Part shown: positions 1 through 11,954 of the stretch, piece after piece
Layout of the letters: each line of letters begins with the position of its first letter
Position numbering within the stretch: the stretch's first letter is position 1
Origin: Bilabrum cf. latius
Taxonomy: Eukaryota
Direction: 5' to 3'
DNA length: 64,000 nucleotides
Assembly (NCBI GenBank): GCA_965178125.1
Contig: OZ237747.1
Location: 682,001-746,000 of the forward strand
Notes under the pieces: generated by a model
Seen by the model: the letters and a program-made list of their open reading frames with translations, nothing else
The model's database searches: none
Told to the model about the DNA's origin: nothing
Translations under genes and position numbers: made by a program

Positions 1-1977
1 CATCTTCGATCTGCAGCGGGCGTGGCTTCTGCTCGCTGGCAGCTGCCCGGGCCTTCTCCAGTTCATCACATGCAGATGATGCGGTCGCCGAGACAGACTC
101 CATCATGCTTATTTGGTCCGTCAGAGCCATGAAAGCGTTGTCATTATCTTCCTCGGTTGCATCCTTGGAACTGGTGACCTCCATAAAGGTACCGAGAGCC
201 CCAACGACCTTGCCAACTGAGGCAAGCACGGATCGCGTGGCTCCAATTGAAGTACCTGCAGCTGCAATCATAGCTGATACCTTTGTCTTTGCCCACGTGT
301 CCAGCTGCTTTGAGTTCCAGTACACGCGCGTGTCCTGCGGTCGCCCTTGCCGCTCCTGCTCCAGGGGGTCTCGGCGGCCCCCCGGCTGGGTGGATCGCAG
401 GCGTTTGGTAGCTCGCTCCACTGCATCGTTCTTGACCTTCTCGAACTGCTCCCCCGCATGTTTCTTTCCCCTCGACGACGCAATCAAAGTCTGCTTCCCG
501 ATGTCTGACCCATCCATGGCTTCTAGGACTTTTCCGCTCTCCTCCTCGCGTGCCTCCCAGTGCCTCTGCGCCGGCTGGCGCTTCCTCTTCCGACCCAGCT
601 TCATGTGTTCTTCACGGCCCTTACACTCCGCAATGCGCTTCTTGATGTTAATTTCATGCAGAGGGGTGTCTGAATCGTAGTCCCACAGGCCGCAGTGCGC
701 GAAGCCACTGTGTACGACATGCCCGGCGGGCTTGTCCCCACTTGGTCGCAAGATGTTGGCGAGGGCGTACGCCACTGCCCTTGGCGTCCAGTCCTTGTTC
801 GTGTACGTGGTCACCAGCTTTCGAAACTCTGTCTTGAGCGGCTTGAATACCGAAACGTCCTCTACCTGCAGTTCTGCCTGCCGAGGAGTGAGGGGGGATC
901 GTCACAATGATGAGGCGGTGGGCAAAGGCCCAGGCGATGGTGTCCAAGTCGTAATGTGCCGAGTGTCCGTCTGTGATTAGGATGGACCATTCGTTTGCCT
1001 ACCGCCCCTAGTGGTTGTCAAGATTCCACACCAACTTCTCGATGAAGTCGCGCCAGAGCTTGCTGTTGATGAACGCCTTGGGTGACGAGCGGAGGAGGTC
1101 GCGCCCATGCCGGAGCACCTCCGGGTCCTTCTTGGAGATCTCGCTCACAGTGGGAGGGGGAATGGCGTCACGGTGTTTGCCCTTTGTGATGTAGATGCTA
1201 CACACATGCTTGCCGTCTGCATCCAACGCACACAGCAGCGTGGTGGTGTGCCTCGTTCCGTACTCGACGGCGTTGCAATCCTTGGCAGTTGGCCTCCAAG
1301 CGCTAGCCTCGGGGTGATTTGATGCTCCCCCGGAAGCAGCCGAGCTACTGCTTGATGATGATGAAGATGATGGAGCCCCTGTTGAGACAAGACCTGCTGT
1401 AACTGCAGCACAGCACTGGAACCCGGACTCATTGCACACGACCACTTGACGGCGCAGTTGGATCTTGAACGTCTTGAATAGGCGGCGCAGGATGGCGAAC
1501 AGCTCCCTGACGCTGCTAGCCCTAACTAGGAATCGTTCTGGCTAGTAGTTCTCATTACGCCGCGCAGAAATCTTGAACCGCTTCTTGAATCCCTTGAGCC
1601 AGCCACGACACAGCTTGTCGTACTTGCGACGGGGGAACGCTTTCTTCATATACAGGTCTTGCCAATAGTTAGCGAAAGAAATGATGAAGTCTGGATGTGG
1701 ATGAACACCTGATCTATTCAGCTCCGAAATGAGAAGCTCCAGCTATTCCTCTGCTTCCCTAGGCAATGTCGGATTTGAACCGCCTCTCGCACCGACCGTT
1801 TGTCCGGCTGCTGCCTTCTTCACCCAGTCAGAGGCAGTCGAAGATGGAATGTCCAGACCCCGTGCTTTCAGATGGGATAGAGCATCCTATTGACTATTCA
1901 TCTGGCTCAAAACCAGGATAAAAAGCTCGAATTTGGCGCTTTTTTGGGCGTCGCTTGGGAACCACTTGGGGTTCCAT
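1..1977 (-). pseudogene. pogo/Tigger-like (CENP-B HTH + DDE_1) transposase-derived gene, frameshifted; 3' end runs off the window
   Basis: With TAG read as Gln (999, 1008, 1542, 1743, 1887) the frame gives GWLKGFKKRF, VVCNESGF, TLLCALDADGK..IYITKGK, SPKAFINS, LITDGHSAH and IPPHSS. After a 4-nt duplication (CTGC-CTGC, 874-881) it continues in a new frame as ELQVEDVSVFKPLK..SGFAHCGLWDYD. The start is uncertain: the ATG at 1977 (MEPQVVPKRRPKKR) is in a third frame. Confidence 0.75.
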
Positions 1978-2236
1978 CGCCACCTCGCACGCGCGTTTAC
2001 GATATCTGCAATACACTCACATCGAGCCTTTTGTTTAAATGTTTCAAGAACTTTTTGCTGAGTGATTACTGTTCTCACTTAGCGAAAATTCGGCGAGCTA
2101 CACGCGAATTGCAGTTTGAATGCCCATTCCGACTTGACGAGCCATCCGGATTGACGAACCTTCACCCTAGTGCAACCGAAGAGCGGTTGCAACCCAAATC
2201 GGTTTCGACGGATTTCCATGAGCTATTTCATGCGAG

Positions 2237-4290
2237 ATGCGGGACCAGCTGAAAGCAATCACGGCCCTAAAGATTTTAAATTCGGCTGCATCAGATAGGT
2301 TGCTGGTCGATACCTTGATTCGATGTGTTTACAGCGTCCCAGGTGAAGCTGATGATGTAAGGCCATTTGTGGGCAAGAAAATCAGATTAAGAGAGTATGC
2401 ACGCCGAATGAAGTGCAGTTCATGTGTTTAATATACACCTTGCAGTACCACTCATCATGGGGGCCTGAACTTCTTTTGGCATTTCAGCTGGCTGTTGGGG
2501 TGTAGTCGTCGCTTTCGATCAGCCCATCCCCAGGCCAAGCCATGATGGGATTATCGCTGTAGTATGCACCAAGTGGCAATGCTAAACTATAGGGTAAATA
2601 GCAGAAGCTGTCCAAGCCCGGCAAACGATTGCGCTTACTGGCTGCGGCAGTGCTGCCAAGTCTCCTTGGGTATCTGCTGGAGCGTCTTCGGAGAGGGAGC
2701 CAGAAGCACAGGTGGCACGCGTACCGGACGGACCATCCTTTGCGAGCACTGCATGACATATCTAGCGCTGGTGGTATGGTCGCAGCATTGGCAGCTCTGA
2801 TTCAATTTGTGCGAGTACTTGCAGGCAATCGGTCGCCGACGCTCGCACACGCCCTTGCAGGAGTGTCGCTCCAAGACACCAAAAGCATATCTGAAACACC
2901 AATAACCCATCATGACGGGAAATCTTTTTTTCCCAATGCCCCAGACCCTGGCAGGGCCTCGAACTCACACCGGGAAGAGATCCGCAGGCAGTACTTTGCC
3001 ACAGCGGTGCTCGCTCTGTTCGGCTCGCTGCAGCGAGCAGTGCCTTGGAACACGCTTGGCAGGCTGTTTCACTGGCTGCTGTCTGGTCTCAGGGTCCGAA
3101 TCGAGGGCGTGATGCGCGGCATCGCAGTGGCGATTCTGCTGCGGGTGGCAGACGAGGGTTTCAGAGCTGCCGCGGGGCGCGTCCGTCCCAGGGATCAAAA
3201 TGATAGCAGGGAACAAGATAAGGAAGATAACAGCGACAGAAATACAGGCCGGAGAAGCGAGCAGGCTGGGAGCAGCGGATCCTCACTCAAGGCAATGGCA
3301 CTGCAGTGCGATGCAGGAGGGTCGCCCCGGCACGATCCCGCCGGTGATGGTAGAGCTACGAACGAGCCAACCAAACCACCGCGAGTGGGCGGGTCAGGGC
3401 CACTGTGGACTGGTATCGGCGGGGCGGCAGCTCGCTGGCTGGCCCTGGTACTAGTTTGGGGACTCACTGCGAGGGGGAAGGGGGCGCTGGTGCGGCAGCT
3501 CAGGGACATGCAGAGACCAAAGCGTGACGAGTGCACAGGCGGTTAGAGCACGGGTAAGGGCATGGCAAGTTGGTCGGGTGGAGCGGGTGCGCACCGTCCC
3601 GCGGGTGCACTAGCCCGCGAAGGGGCCAGCAAGTCAGGCAGGGGAACAAGCTGGGGAACAAGGGCAGCAGGGGCCCTCGACGTGCTGGAGGCGGAGGGGG
3701 TGCCCGTCCGTCGATCCATCGGGTCGGCTCGTGCCGCCGCCAGGGAACAAGCCGCTAAAATGAGGTTGCAACCGCTAGGACGTTGCCTCGGCGACCCCAC
3801 TCGCCCATCTAGTGCTGCCCAGAGAACAGAGCGATGGTCTCTACAGGGAACATGGGAATACCTCGCGTCGCTAAGCAGCCGTGCAGGCCGAGGCAGGGGC
3901 AGGCGCGAGCGGCCCGCGTGCGAGTTTTGCGGCGGAGTTGCGACCAATGCCGTGGTGGCACCGTGTGGGCACTGCTACTGCCACGTGTGTCTCTGGTCGC
4001 AAGTGGGGAGGATTCGGTCAGAGCAGTAGCTAGGGGAAGGTGCAGGGCACGGTGGTACGAGCAGGGAAGAGCAATAGCAAGGCGATCCCGCCGGATGCAT
4101 TCCTGACGGCGCAGTGCCTGTGTTGCTGCCCTCGTCAGGGGCAGGTGCAGACGATCCGTTTGCAGGGGTCGGGCGTGCTGTAGGTGCACCGCATGGTAGT
4201 GCTTCCCTACCGGACGAGGACGGTGCTCCTGCACTTGCAGTGGAATGCCCGGCTTGCACAGAGCCTGTGCTGGCCGTCGAGAGGATCTGA
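2237..4290 (+). CDS. PEX2: Peroxin-2-like RING peroxin (exons 2237-2356 and 2446-4290; 7 in-frame TAG)
   Basis: Pex2/Pex12-type N-terminal motifs WGPELLL, SPGQAMMGL and LAALIQFVRVLAG..PTLAHALAG. C3HC4 RING CEFC..PCGHCYCHVC...CPAC. Intron GTAAGG..TGCAG at 2357-2445. TAG at 2503, 2560, 2590, 2599, 3544, 4027, 4075; TGA stop at 4288-4290. Confidence 0.7.
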
Positions 4291-4466
4291 AGTTTTGGTA
4301 GTTTTATTGGCTCGCAGCCTTGTCGTGTGCGTGTGGGGGCTGCATGCTGATAGACAAGAGCAAGCCATTTTCTGTTCGACTCAACAATGATGACCCATCA
4401 AAGCAGACTCAATCCATCCTGCCAACTTCGAGCAGCACAGTCCAGTGAGGTGCTTCCTACTCCCGC

Positions 4467-5435
4467 TCAGTCGCTCTTCTTGTCGGTGGCGCTCTCGCCT
4501 CCCTTCCGCTTGCCGCTCCTCTTGGGCTTGTATCCGATGTTGCGGACCAGTCCCGAGCGCGCGATCGTGTCGCGGACCCCGTCGGCGATGCCATAGAACA
4601 CCGAAGCGATGGCGAACATAGTGGAGGGGAACGCGATCACGGGCAGGTCGTTGGCCAGCCCAGTCTTGACGATGCGTGCGGCCTCCTTGACGTCCACCGG
4701 AAGGAAAGCGTCCTTTGTGCTTGCAGCAACCATGGGGGTGCTCACGAAACCGGGCTCAACCCTGTTGACCAGGATGTTCTCCCGGTAGAGCTCGGCGCGC
4801 AGCCCAGTAGCCCACGTGCTGACGGCCTTCTTGGAGGCGGCGTACGCCTGGGAACCGGAGACGCTGCCCACCATGCGGATGAGCGACGATACGATGGCGA
4901 TCTAGCCGCCCTTCTTAGTCTCCCGGAAGCTCTCGATAGCGGGAAGCACGGTGTTGTGAACGCCCTGCACGTTGATCTGCGTGACAACCTCCGCGCCCTT
5001 GCGAATGTCCTTCTGAGCACCGATTGTGCCTTCCGAAACCCCCGCGTTGGCAATCACCAGGTCAATGGGCATCTATGTATGAACGGTACGAATCATGTCG
5101 GCCATGCCTTCCTTGTTGCATACGTCCAGCTGCTTTGGAATCACAACTGCTCCTTTGGACTTGCAGAGGTCCTCAACTGCTGCAAGGCGATCCCCGTTTC
5201 TGCCAACCAAAACTAGGGTAGTTCCAACTGAGGCGTACTCAATTGCAAGGGCCTCTCCAATACCAGAGGTGGCTCCCGTGATGAGAATTGTCTTTGCCTT
5301 TGGGGCAGATGCTCGTACAAAGGTCCCGACGAAGGCGAACGGAAGCACGAGGCAATTAATCACCATAGCGAGCGCCTGGGCAATGATGGCAATAACCATC
5401 TGCATGACATACCCGAGCCTGGTACCTTCGAGCAT
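4467..5435 (-). CDS. Short-chain dehydrogenase/reductase, copy 1 (N-terminal hydrophobic segment; 2 in-frame TAG)
   Basis: TGATSGIG Rossmann motif, IANAG and catalytic YAASK. TAG at 5073-5075 and 4902-4904 join the ORF fragments in frame; TGA stop at 4467-4469. Start chosen by alignment to copy 2; an upstream ATG at 5468 is also possible. Confidence 0.9.
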
Positions 5436-5565
5436 CTTGCGCGATGGAATGGCTTTGAAACGTTTCATGCGTTTGAAGGCTTTGTTGCGTGTACTGCCAG
5501 GTGCGGTATTTGAGCGGCCACACCCTGCCGGCTAATCCTTGGAAGGGGACATAATGCCATCACTT

Positions 5566-6579
5566 TCAATCCGCTTTGATCCCACTCCTAGACCCTCTTC
5601 GCTTCCTACCATCTTGACCAGCCCCGGACTCAGTCGCAGGTCCACCAGCCCCTCCTCCGAGGTACGCCATGTCCTTGAGCACCCCGATCCTAGCGACGGT
5701 GTCGCGATTCTGGTCCGTGAGACCGCGCAGAATGCTACCCAGAAAGTACATCGAAGAGGGCGTCGTCACCACGGGAAGGTCATTGGCTAGGCCCCGACGG
5801 ATGCCCAGTGCGGCTGCCTCTGGCGTGAGAGTGAGCATTGGCTGCAGCACCGAGACTTGCGACTCAACCATGGGAGTGCTCACGAAACCGGGCTCCACGC
5901 AATTGATCAAGATCCCCTCGCGAAATAGCTGCGCTCGGAGGCCTCCTGCCCATGCGGACACGGCGCACTTTGATGCGACGTACGCCTGCATCTACGTGAT
6001 GGGCCCGACGAGCCGTACCTGGGAAGACACGATTGCAATTTGCCCGCCGCCTCCCGATTGCCGGAAGGCCTCGATGGCAGGCAGTACCGTGTTGTGCACG
6101 CCGCTTATATTGATGTCCGTCACCGCTCGAGCCGCCTTATCAAGATCGCCAAAGCATTTGCTCAGAGTGCCCTCCGACACACCCGCGTTTGCGATCACAA
6201 GATCGATAGAGTGTTTGGCGTGAACGTCGTCGATGAGCTGCTTCATAGCGGCTTGATCTCTAACATCCGCAATTCGCTCTACAACGGTGGCCTTTTTCTG
6301 TTCGCATTCTGACTTGACCTGCTTGAGGCGCTCTGCGTTTCGCCCCACTACAACCAGGGTCTTGCCCTCGGCTGCATACTCCAGCGCGAGTGCCTTACCT
6401 ATTCCACTCGTAGCGCCAGTAATAACTATGGTGCTAGGTACTGGCGCACCTCTCCAGAATGCAATGGAGAGCACGGCTGTGACGGGAAGCAGAATGGCGT
6501 TCACGATTCCAGCAACCACAGCAGCTATGTTCGCGAGAAACATTTGAACGATGTAACCGAACTTAGTACCCTCGAGCAT
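5566..6579 (-). CDS. Short-chain dehydrogenase/reductase, copy 2 (tandem paralogue; 1 in-frame TAG)
   Basis: TGATSGIG, IANAG and YVASK. TAG at 5992-5994 lies between GPIT and MQAYVASK; TGA stop at 5566-5568. Confidence 0.9.
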
Positions 6580-6752
6580 CGCTTCCACAATCTTGATTTC
6601 GAGCTTATGAGATGGACCTAGTCTGTGTCTGTCCGGTGAGAGCCAGTCTTCGCAACGGCTCCCAGCGCACCTAACACTGTCAATGCAGTGCAGTTGCAGA
6701 CGTAGTCAAATCCAGCAGAAGTGGTCAAAGCATCCTAACCACCGCCCGACCC

Positions 6753-9700
6753 TCAAGCAAAACTCCAAGAGAAGACACCTTCAGACTCCTGTGCCGCTCC
6801 GGAAGCAGACGAGAAGCTCTCAGTCGTCTTGCCAAGGCCATCGACGCCATCGCCCAACTCCACCGCAACGCTCACCCCCGCATCCAAAACGTGGGCTGCC
6901 ATCCTCACCTCTTCCGGCTTGCACCGAAGCAACTGCTCGGCTCCATCCCTCGAAACGAGGACGACACGCAGCTGCGCCCTGCGGCCCGCCGCCCATGAAG
7001 GCAGCACTACGCAATGCCAGCGGTGAGCGTAAGCGAGCACGCAGGGCGCCTGCAGCCGCATACTTGTCCCGACAAGCGATCGCTAGTCAGGTCTGGCCGT
7101 TTCTCTCTCACCGGGAGACGATGAAAATGAAGAGGAAGAAGAAGAAGCCAAGAACCCCAGCTCAAGCCGCCGAGGCACCCCTTCGGTCGCTAGGAACAGC
7201 CTCTCTTGCAAGGATTCAGGGCTTCGAGAAGTGCCATCGTGCAGTGCACCCGGAGCTTCTGCACCCTCCACGGGCGGATGTTCCCCTTCAAAGCGCACGG
7301 AACGGCGAGTCTCCTCCCCGGCGGCCCCGGGGGACGTGTGCCGTCCGTCGCTGGCCCCACTGGCAGCATGGGGGGCCTCTAGCCTCCGCCAGGCGGGGCC
7401 CTCTCCATACACGCGCACGCTGTTCCCCAGCGGAGGGTCTGCCACTGGATCACCGCCCGCGATGTTGGTGTGACGAGTGCCCACCCTCGCGCTGTTCCCC
7501 GATTCGAGGCTCCAAGCTCGAGCATCCAGGCGCTCCGCCGCCCCTCCGCCCGCAGCCCCCATCGGTCCCACAGCAACCAGCCGCCAGCCGCCGCACCGCA
7601 CGCCCACCCCACTCGTCACACCGACACTACTGTCCTCAACGCACACGGCCCAGGCGAGGCACAGCGCTCTGCCAGCTGCCAGGCCCGTGGGAAGGCGACT
7701 GCTCTCCAGCAGCTCCGCCTCGCGCCCCTAGCCCCCCTGTGCCACACCGAGGAAGGCAGCCATCCTCCACTCCAGTAACGCGCAGCCGGCCCCAGCCCCA
7801 GCAGTCTGCGAGTTGCTTGACCCAGTCGCCCTCGCAGGAGGCAGCCTCAGTTCCAGCGCGGGCTTCGAGCACCGGAGCAGCCCAGTGCCACCGTCCTGCG
7901 CGATCAGCTCAGCAAGAGGGGCGGCCCAGTCGATTGCGCGAAGCTGTTGTGATCCCAGGAGAGCCTTCGTCCGTCGAGCGTGAGCTGACAATGCACCGCC
8001 ACAGATCGTCTTGCACACTGCCGGGTGCGCATCCCCAGCAATCACCCAGTGCTCAAGGGAGGGGAGCTGGGATGGGAGCTGCGTCTGTGCTGGCGTGGCG
8101 CGACTGGACCATGTGCCGGTGGCATCTCCTCCTGTCGGCCCGTCCGAACTGAATAGGTCGACCGTCTTGGTGTATTTGGATCTCTCCGAGGCGTGTTCCC
8201 TGGCAAGGAACGTTCGCTGAGTGGCATCCATCACGTCGCTCCGTCTCTCGGCCGCCGCCTCGTCCTCGTACCCGCTGGCCGCGCCGCTCCCTCGACCAGA
8301 ACCCTTGCCCATGTCATCACCTCTGTAGGGTGCACCTGCCTCGCCATCGCTACGAAGCCGAGTCCCAGCACCATCTGAATCATCGCCCGCACCAATGGCA
8401 CGGCGGGGTACCCAACCTTCTGGTGGCAGCAGCCGACCCATGGCTAGCAGTGCAGCCTGCCGCAGGCTACCCGCGACTGCAGCTGGCGAATGCGCTGCGG
8501 TCGCCTCGAGCGCGCCGTCATCAGCGCAGCCGCCAAAGTCAAGCTTCGCCCTCGATGCGACCATTCCTGTGGGCACACCCCATGGGGTGGAAGCAACGCC
8601 GTGGTCCCAGTGGTCGCGAGTACCAGGTTTGCCAGGCATTGAGGGCGGCTCCGTATCGAGCAGCAGCCCGCACTCCTCCATGGACCACAACACGTTCAAC
8701 GTGCCCTGTCGGCCGTCGCCGAACCAGGCCACCGGCGCACCCACCACGTTCGTCGCCCGCTACAGATCCATCGCACCGTCACTCGTCACACCGCAGCCCC
8801 GAAGGTCCAGCAACCGCAGCCTGAAGGCCCAGTCTGACCCTGCATCGGGCTTCGGGGCAGCCCCCGGCCTCGTCTCCTGTGGAGCATCTAGCCAAGCCTC
8901 GCACAAATCACCGGCACACTCACCCGCGCCCCTGGCGCCTAGCCGGGGATTGCTTCGAAGCGCCAACCGAGCCATGCTGCCGTGCTCGGCTGCCGCCTTC
9001 CACAGGCAACGACATGCCTCACCGTCGATGCCCGAAAAGGACAGGTCCAGCGACTGCAGAGAGGCAAGAGCTGGAGGCTGCATCGTTGGGCCTGCGTACT
9101 GCCTCGACCACGCAGTTCCTGCAAGCTGGGCTACTCCCTCTCCAGTCAACTCAAGCGCCTCACCATTGGAGGAAGGCGGGCTGGATACTCCATCTCGGGA
9201 CAGTTGGAATCGCCCGCTTGCTGATGTTGCTGCAAAGGGGGAAGGTACGTAAGGAACGCACGATTCGATGGCCCCACGAGTTGTCCCTGCGGCCAGGGAC
9301 CCAACCCTGTCGAGTGTGGTCCTCACGAGCGACGCAAAGCTCACCTCGCTCGAACCATCGACGCCACCTGCAATGACCCGGTCACTGCCACGTGGCCTGC
9401 TCGATTCAGAAGAGGGCCACGGGCCCACCTCGCTCGGCATTTGGTCGCCTTCATCACTCTAATCATTTGTCTCGGAGCCCCTGATGGCGCTTCGTGCTCT
9501 GGGTGCGCCAGGAGAACCCTACCGACGAGGAAAGCCGGCCTTGGAAGCCAGATCCAGGAGGGACAACGCCTGCTCGATGTCCACCGGGGGATTCTCCCTG
9601 GATCCTTGGTGCTGCTTCCCCCTTCTCTTTCTGCTGCTAGAGCTCCCGCGGTGCTTGGACGAAGAGGACCTTCCACGGGCTTTGCCACTCTTAGTCGAGC

Positions 9701-11768
9701 CAGTGCCCTTCTTCCCTCTGGCGACCTTGCCTGCCTTGTCGGACTTCCCGTCATGCACGTGCTAGAGGGCCTCCCTGGCCTGATCGGCCACTGCACGGCG
9801 GACCCAAGGCGCCACATCCCTAGCCCACCACTCGTCAAACAGGCCGACCACCGCGTCAGGGACGCACGGCGCCTGCAACGCGTCGCTGATCGAAGCCACA
9901 CCCCGCGCGCCGACCATGGACCTCGACACATCAAGCCGACGCAGGTCTCCGAGGAATCGAGCCACGCGGAAATACTCCGCCGCCGCTTCAACCACAGGGT
10001 GCTGGCGGGCAGCACGGCCGTGCGTGTGCCCCTTCGCAGCCTTCCCTGCGTCGCTCCTACGCTCTTCGTCATCATCCTCTGCGCGTCCAAGCGCCTACAG
10101 CAGAGCCCGGTGCAGAGCCCATGCCGCCCGCCGCCCAGTCACCAAGTCCCGCAGCAGCAGGGGGTCCAGCCGCGAGCCCCTGAGGCTGAGGCTGAGAACA
10201 CCCTCACCGGCCGGGGCATTCGTGGAGGCACCCCCGGGCGATAAAAGAGAAGAGGAAGACGACGATGCGTGCCCTCGCCTAGAAGTCCCCCGGCCAAGGC
10301 CCGACTTGGGTCGGCCGCCCCTGCCGCTGCCTTTCCTCTTCTTCTTGCCACCCTTGCCACCAGACGAGGCAGGCGGGCCGTACGCTGCCGGGTCCTGAAG
10401 CAGCCGGTCGGCAATCGCTGACAGCGCAGCTCTAGCTGCTGCCATGTCAAGCCCGCGACCAATTGCCCGAAGCAAGTGCTCCGTGCCGCCGAGCAGCTGC
10501 TTGCCCTCGTCGTCCACACCGCTGGAGGGCTCTGTCACCTGGGGCCCGCCATCCTGCAGCGCTCCACCGAAATGCATGCCTGCGTACTCTGGCCCGATTC
10601 CGTACAGCTCTTCTTCTTCCCTTTCCTGCGGGTCCTTTTCCCTCCAGTCACGGTGCGTCTCGAGACCTGCTGCCCCCCTGCTCCTCCCGGACGTGCGGGC
10701 ATCGCGGCTCCTGCTCCTGCTTCTGCTGCGCTTGCCCCCGCCTCCCTTGCGCCTGGAATGTCCCTTCCTGCCCCTACCATGCCCATCCCTCTCGCTGCCG
10801 CCCCGCCCCAACCCATCTGCCAGCGCGCCCAGGGGCCCCCGCCGGACGAGAGACATCGAGGCGCTGTGGTCAACGAGGGACAGCCCGAGGTGCGCCAGGC
10901 CCTTGTTCCCCAGGGATGCCTCGAGGACGACCCCGCGCCCCGCATCGCCCCCAAAGTAACACCCCGTCGCGTCGAAGCACCTGATGCTCCGGTTGGTCGC
11001 AAGCCCAGCGGCGAGGGCCCCGGCGCACCCCACCCCCATTGCGGGGTTGTCGGCCAGCACCAGGGCCCTGAGGCCCCCATGCGCAGCTCCAGCCAGAGCG
11101 GAATCCTCATCGTTATCACCGTCATCTTTCTGCTCAGAGTGGTCAGTGTCCGGTGACTGCAGACGTTTGCCGCTTCTGGACCCGGCACCAGTCTCGCCTG
11201 CATCGCCCAGCTGCGGCTTAGAGCTGCGCTTCCTCTTGCGCGAGTGCTTTAGAGCCTGTCCCAGCTGCAATAGCTCCAACAAGCCGCTTGCGTGTTCCTC
11301 CCCAAGCCCCGACTGGCTGAGATCCACGCTAGTCAGCACGGTGGGCAGGGCAAGCAATTGCCCGGGCACTGAGCCCAGGACCGCGCTGCTCACTGGCATG
11401 CCAGCAAGGTCGAGAACATGGATCGGCCTCTCGCCAACATCTCCACCGCATGCTTTGCAACCTTTCTGTGCACCAGGAAGCTCCAGAGGAAGAAGCCTTG
11501 AGCAGTCGAGGTCACGAATCGTAATCTGTGAGCTACGTGGCTACTCCGCACGAACGAGCGGCTAAACCAGACCACTTTCACCGGATTCTCTGCTGTCAAG
11601 CAATTTCGAGACGGACTGTCTCAATTCGTCGATCTCGCGCTGAGCAGCTTCTTGTTTGAGCTGCGAAAGGGCCTGCTGTTTCGCCAGCAGTTCATCGACC
11701 TGATCTTCGATGGCACGATGGATTTCAACCCCAGCAGATGCTGCTGCATGTCGCCTCTGCCCTCTCAT
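6753..11768 (-). CDS. About 1670-aa protein with dispersed RI-like leucine-rich repeats and low-complexity insertions (9 in-frame TAG)
   Basis: Eight ORF-track fragments share one frame and are separated only by TAG (11562, 11541, 10095, 9762, 9519, 9459, 8760, 7728, 7083). LRR-type motifs LTSVDLSQSGLG, LRALVLADNPAMG, LRRLDVSRSMVG, LQSLDLSFSGID and LRLLDLRGCGVT. TGA stop at 6753-6755. Confidence 0.7.
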
Positions 11769-11954
11769 TGCCAAGCTTGCTGTTTGCAAGACTGCTTGTG
11801 GTTTTCTTGGGTTTTGCAATTCCGTTGCCGAAACGGCCCTCAATCAAGTTCCGCAACGCGCGGCGCCTATCTATTCGGAGTCGTTCGTGCATTTTGAATT
11901 AGAATAGAAAAGCGCTCCAAGAGCCATCAAACTCAGTTACTGGCATCTGATAGC

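Noticed and set aside
4902-4904. Tiny introns removing each TAG
   Set aside because: Paralogue and motif alignments are collinear across the TAG with no missing or extra residues, and there are no matching GT donors.
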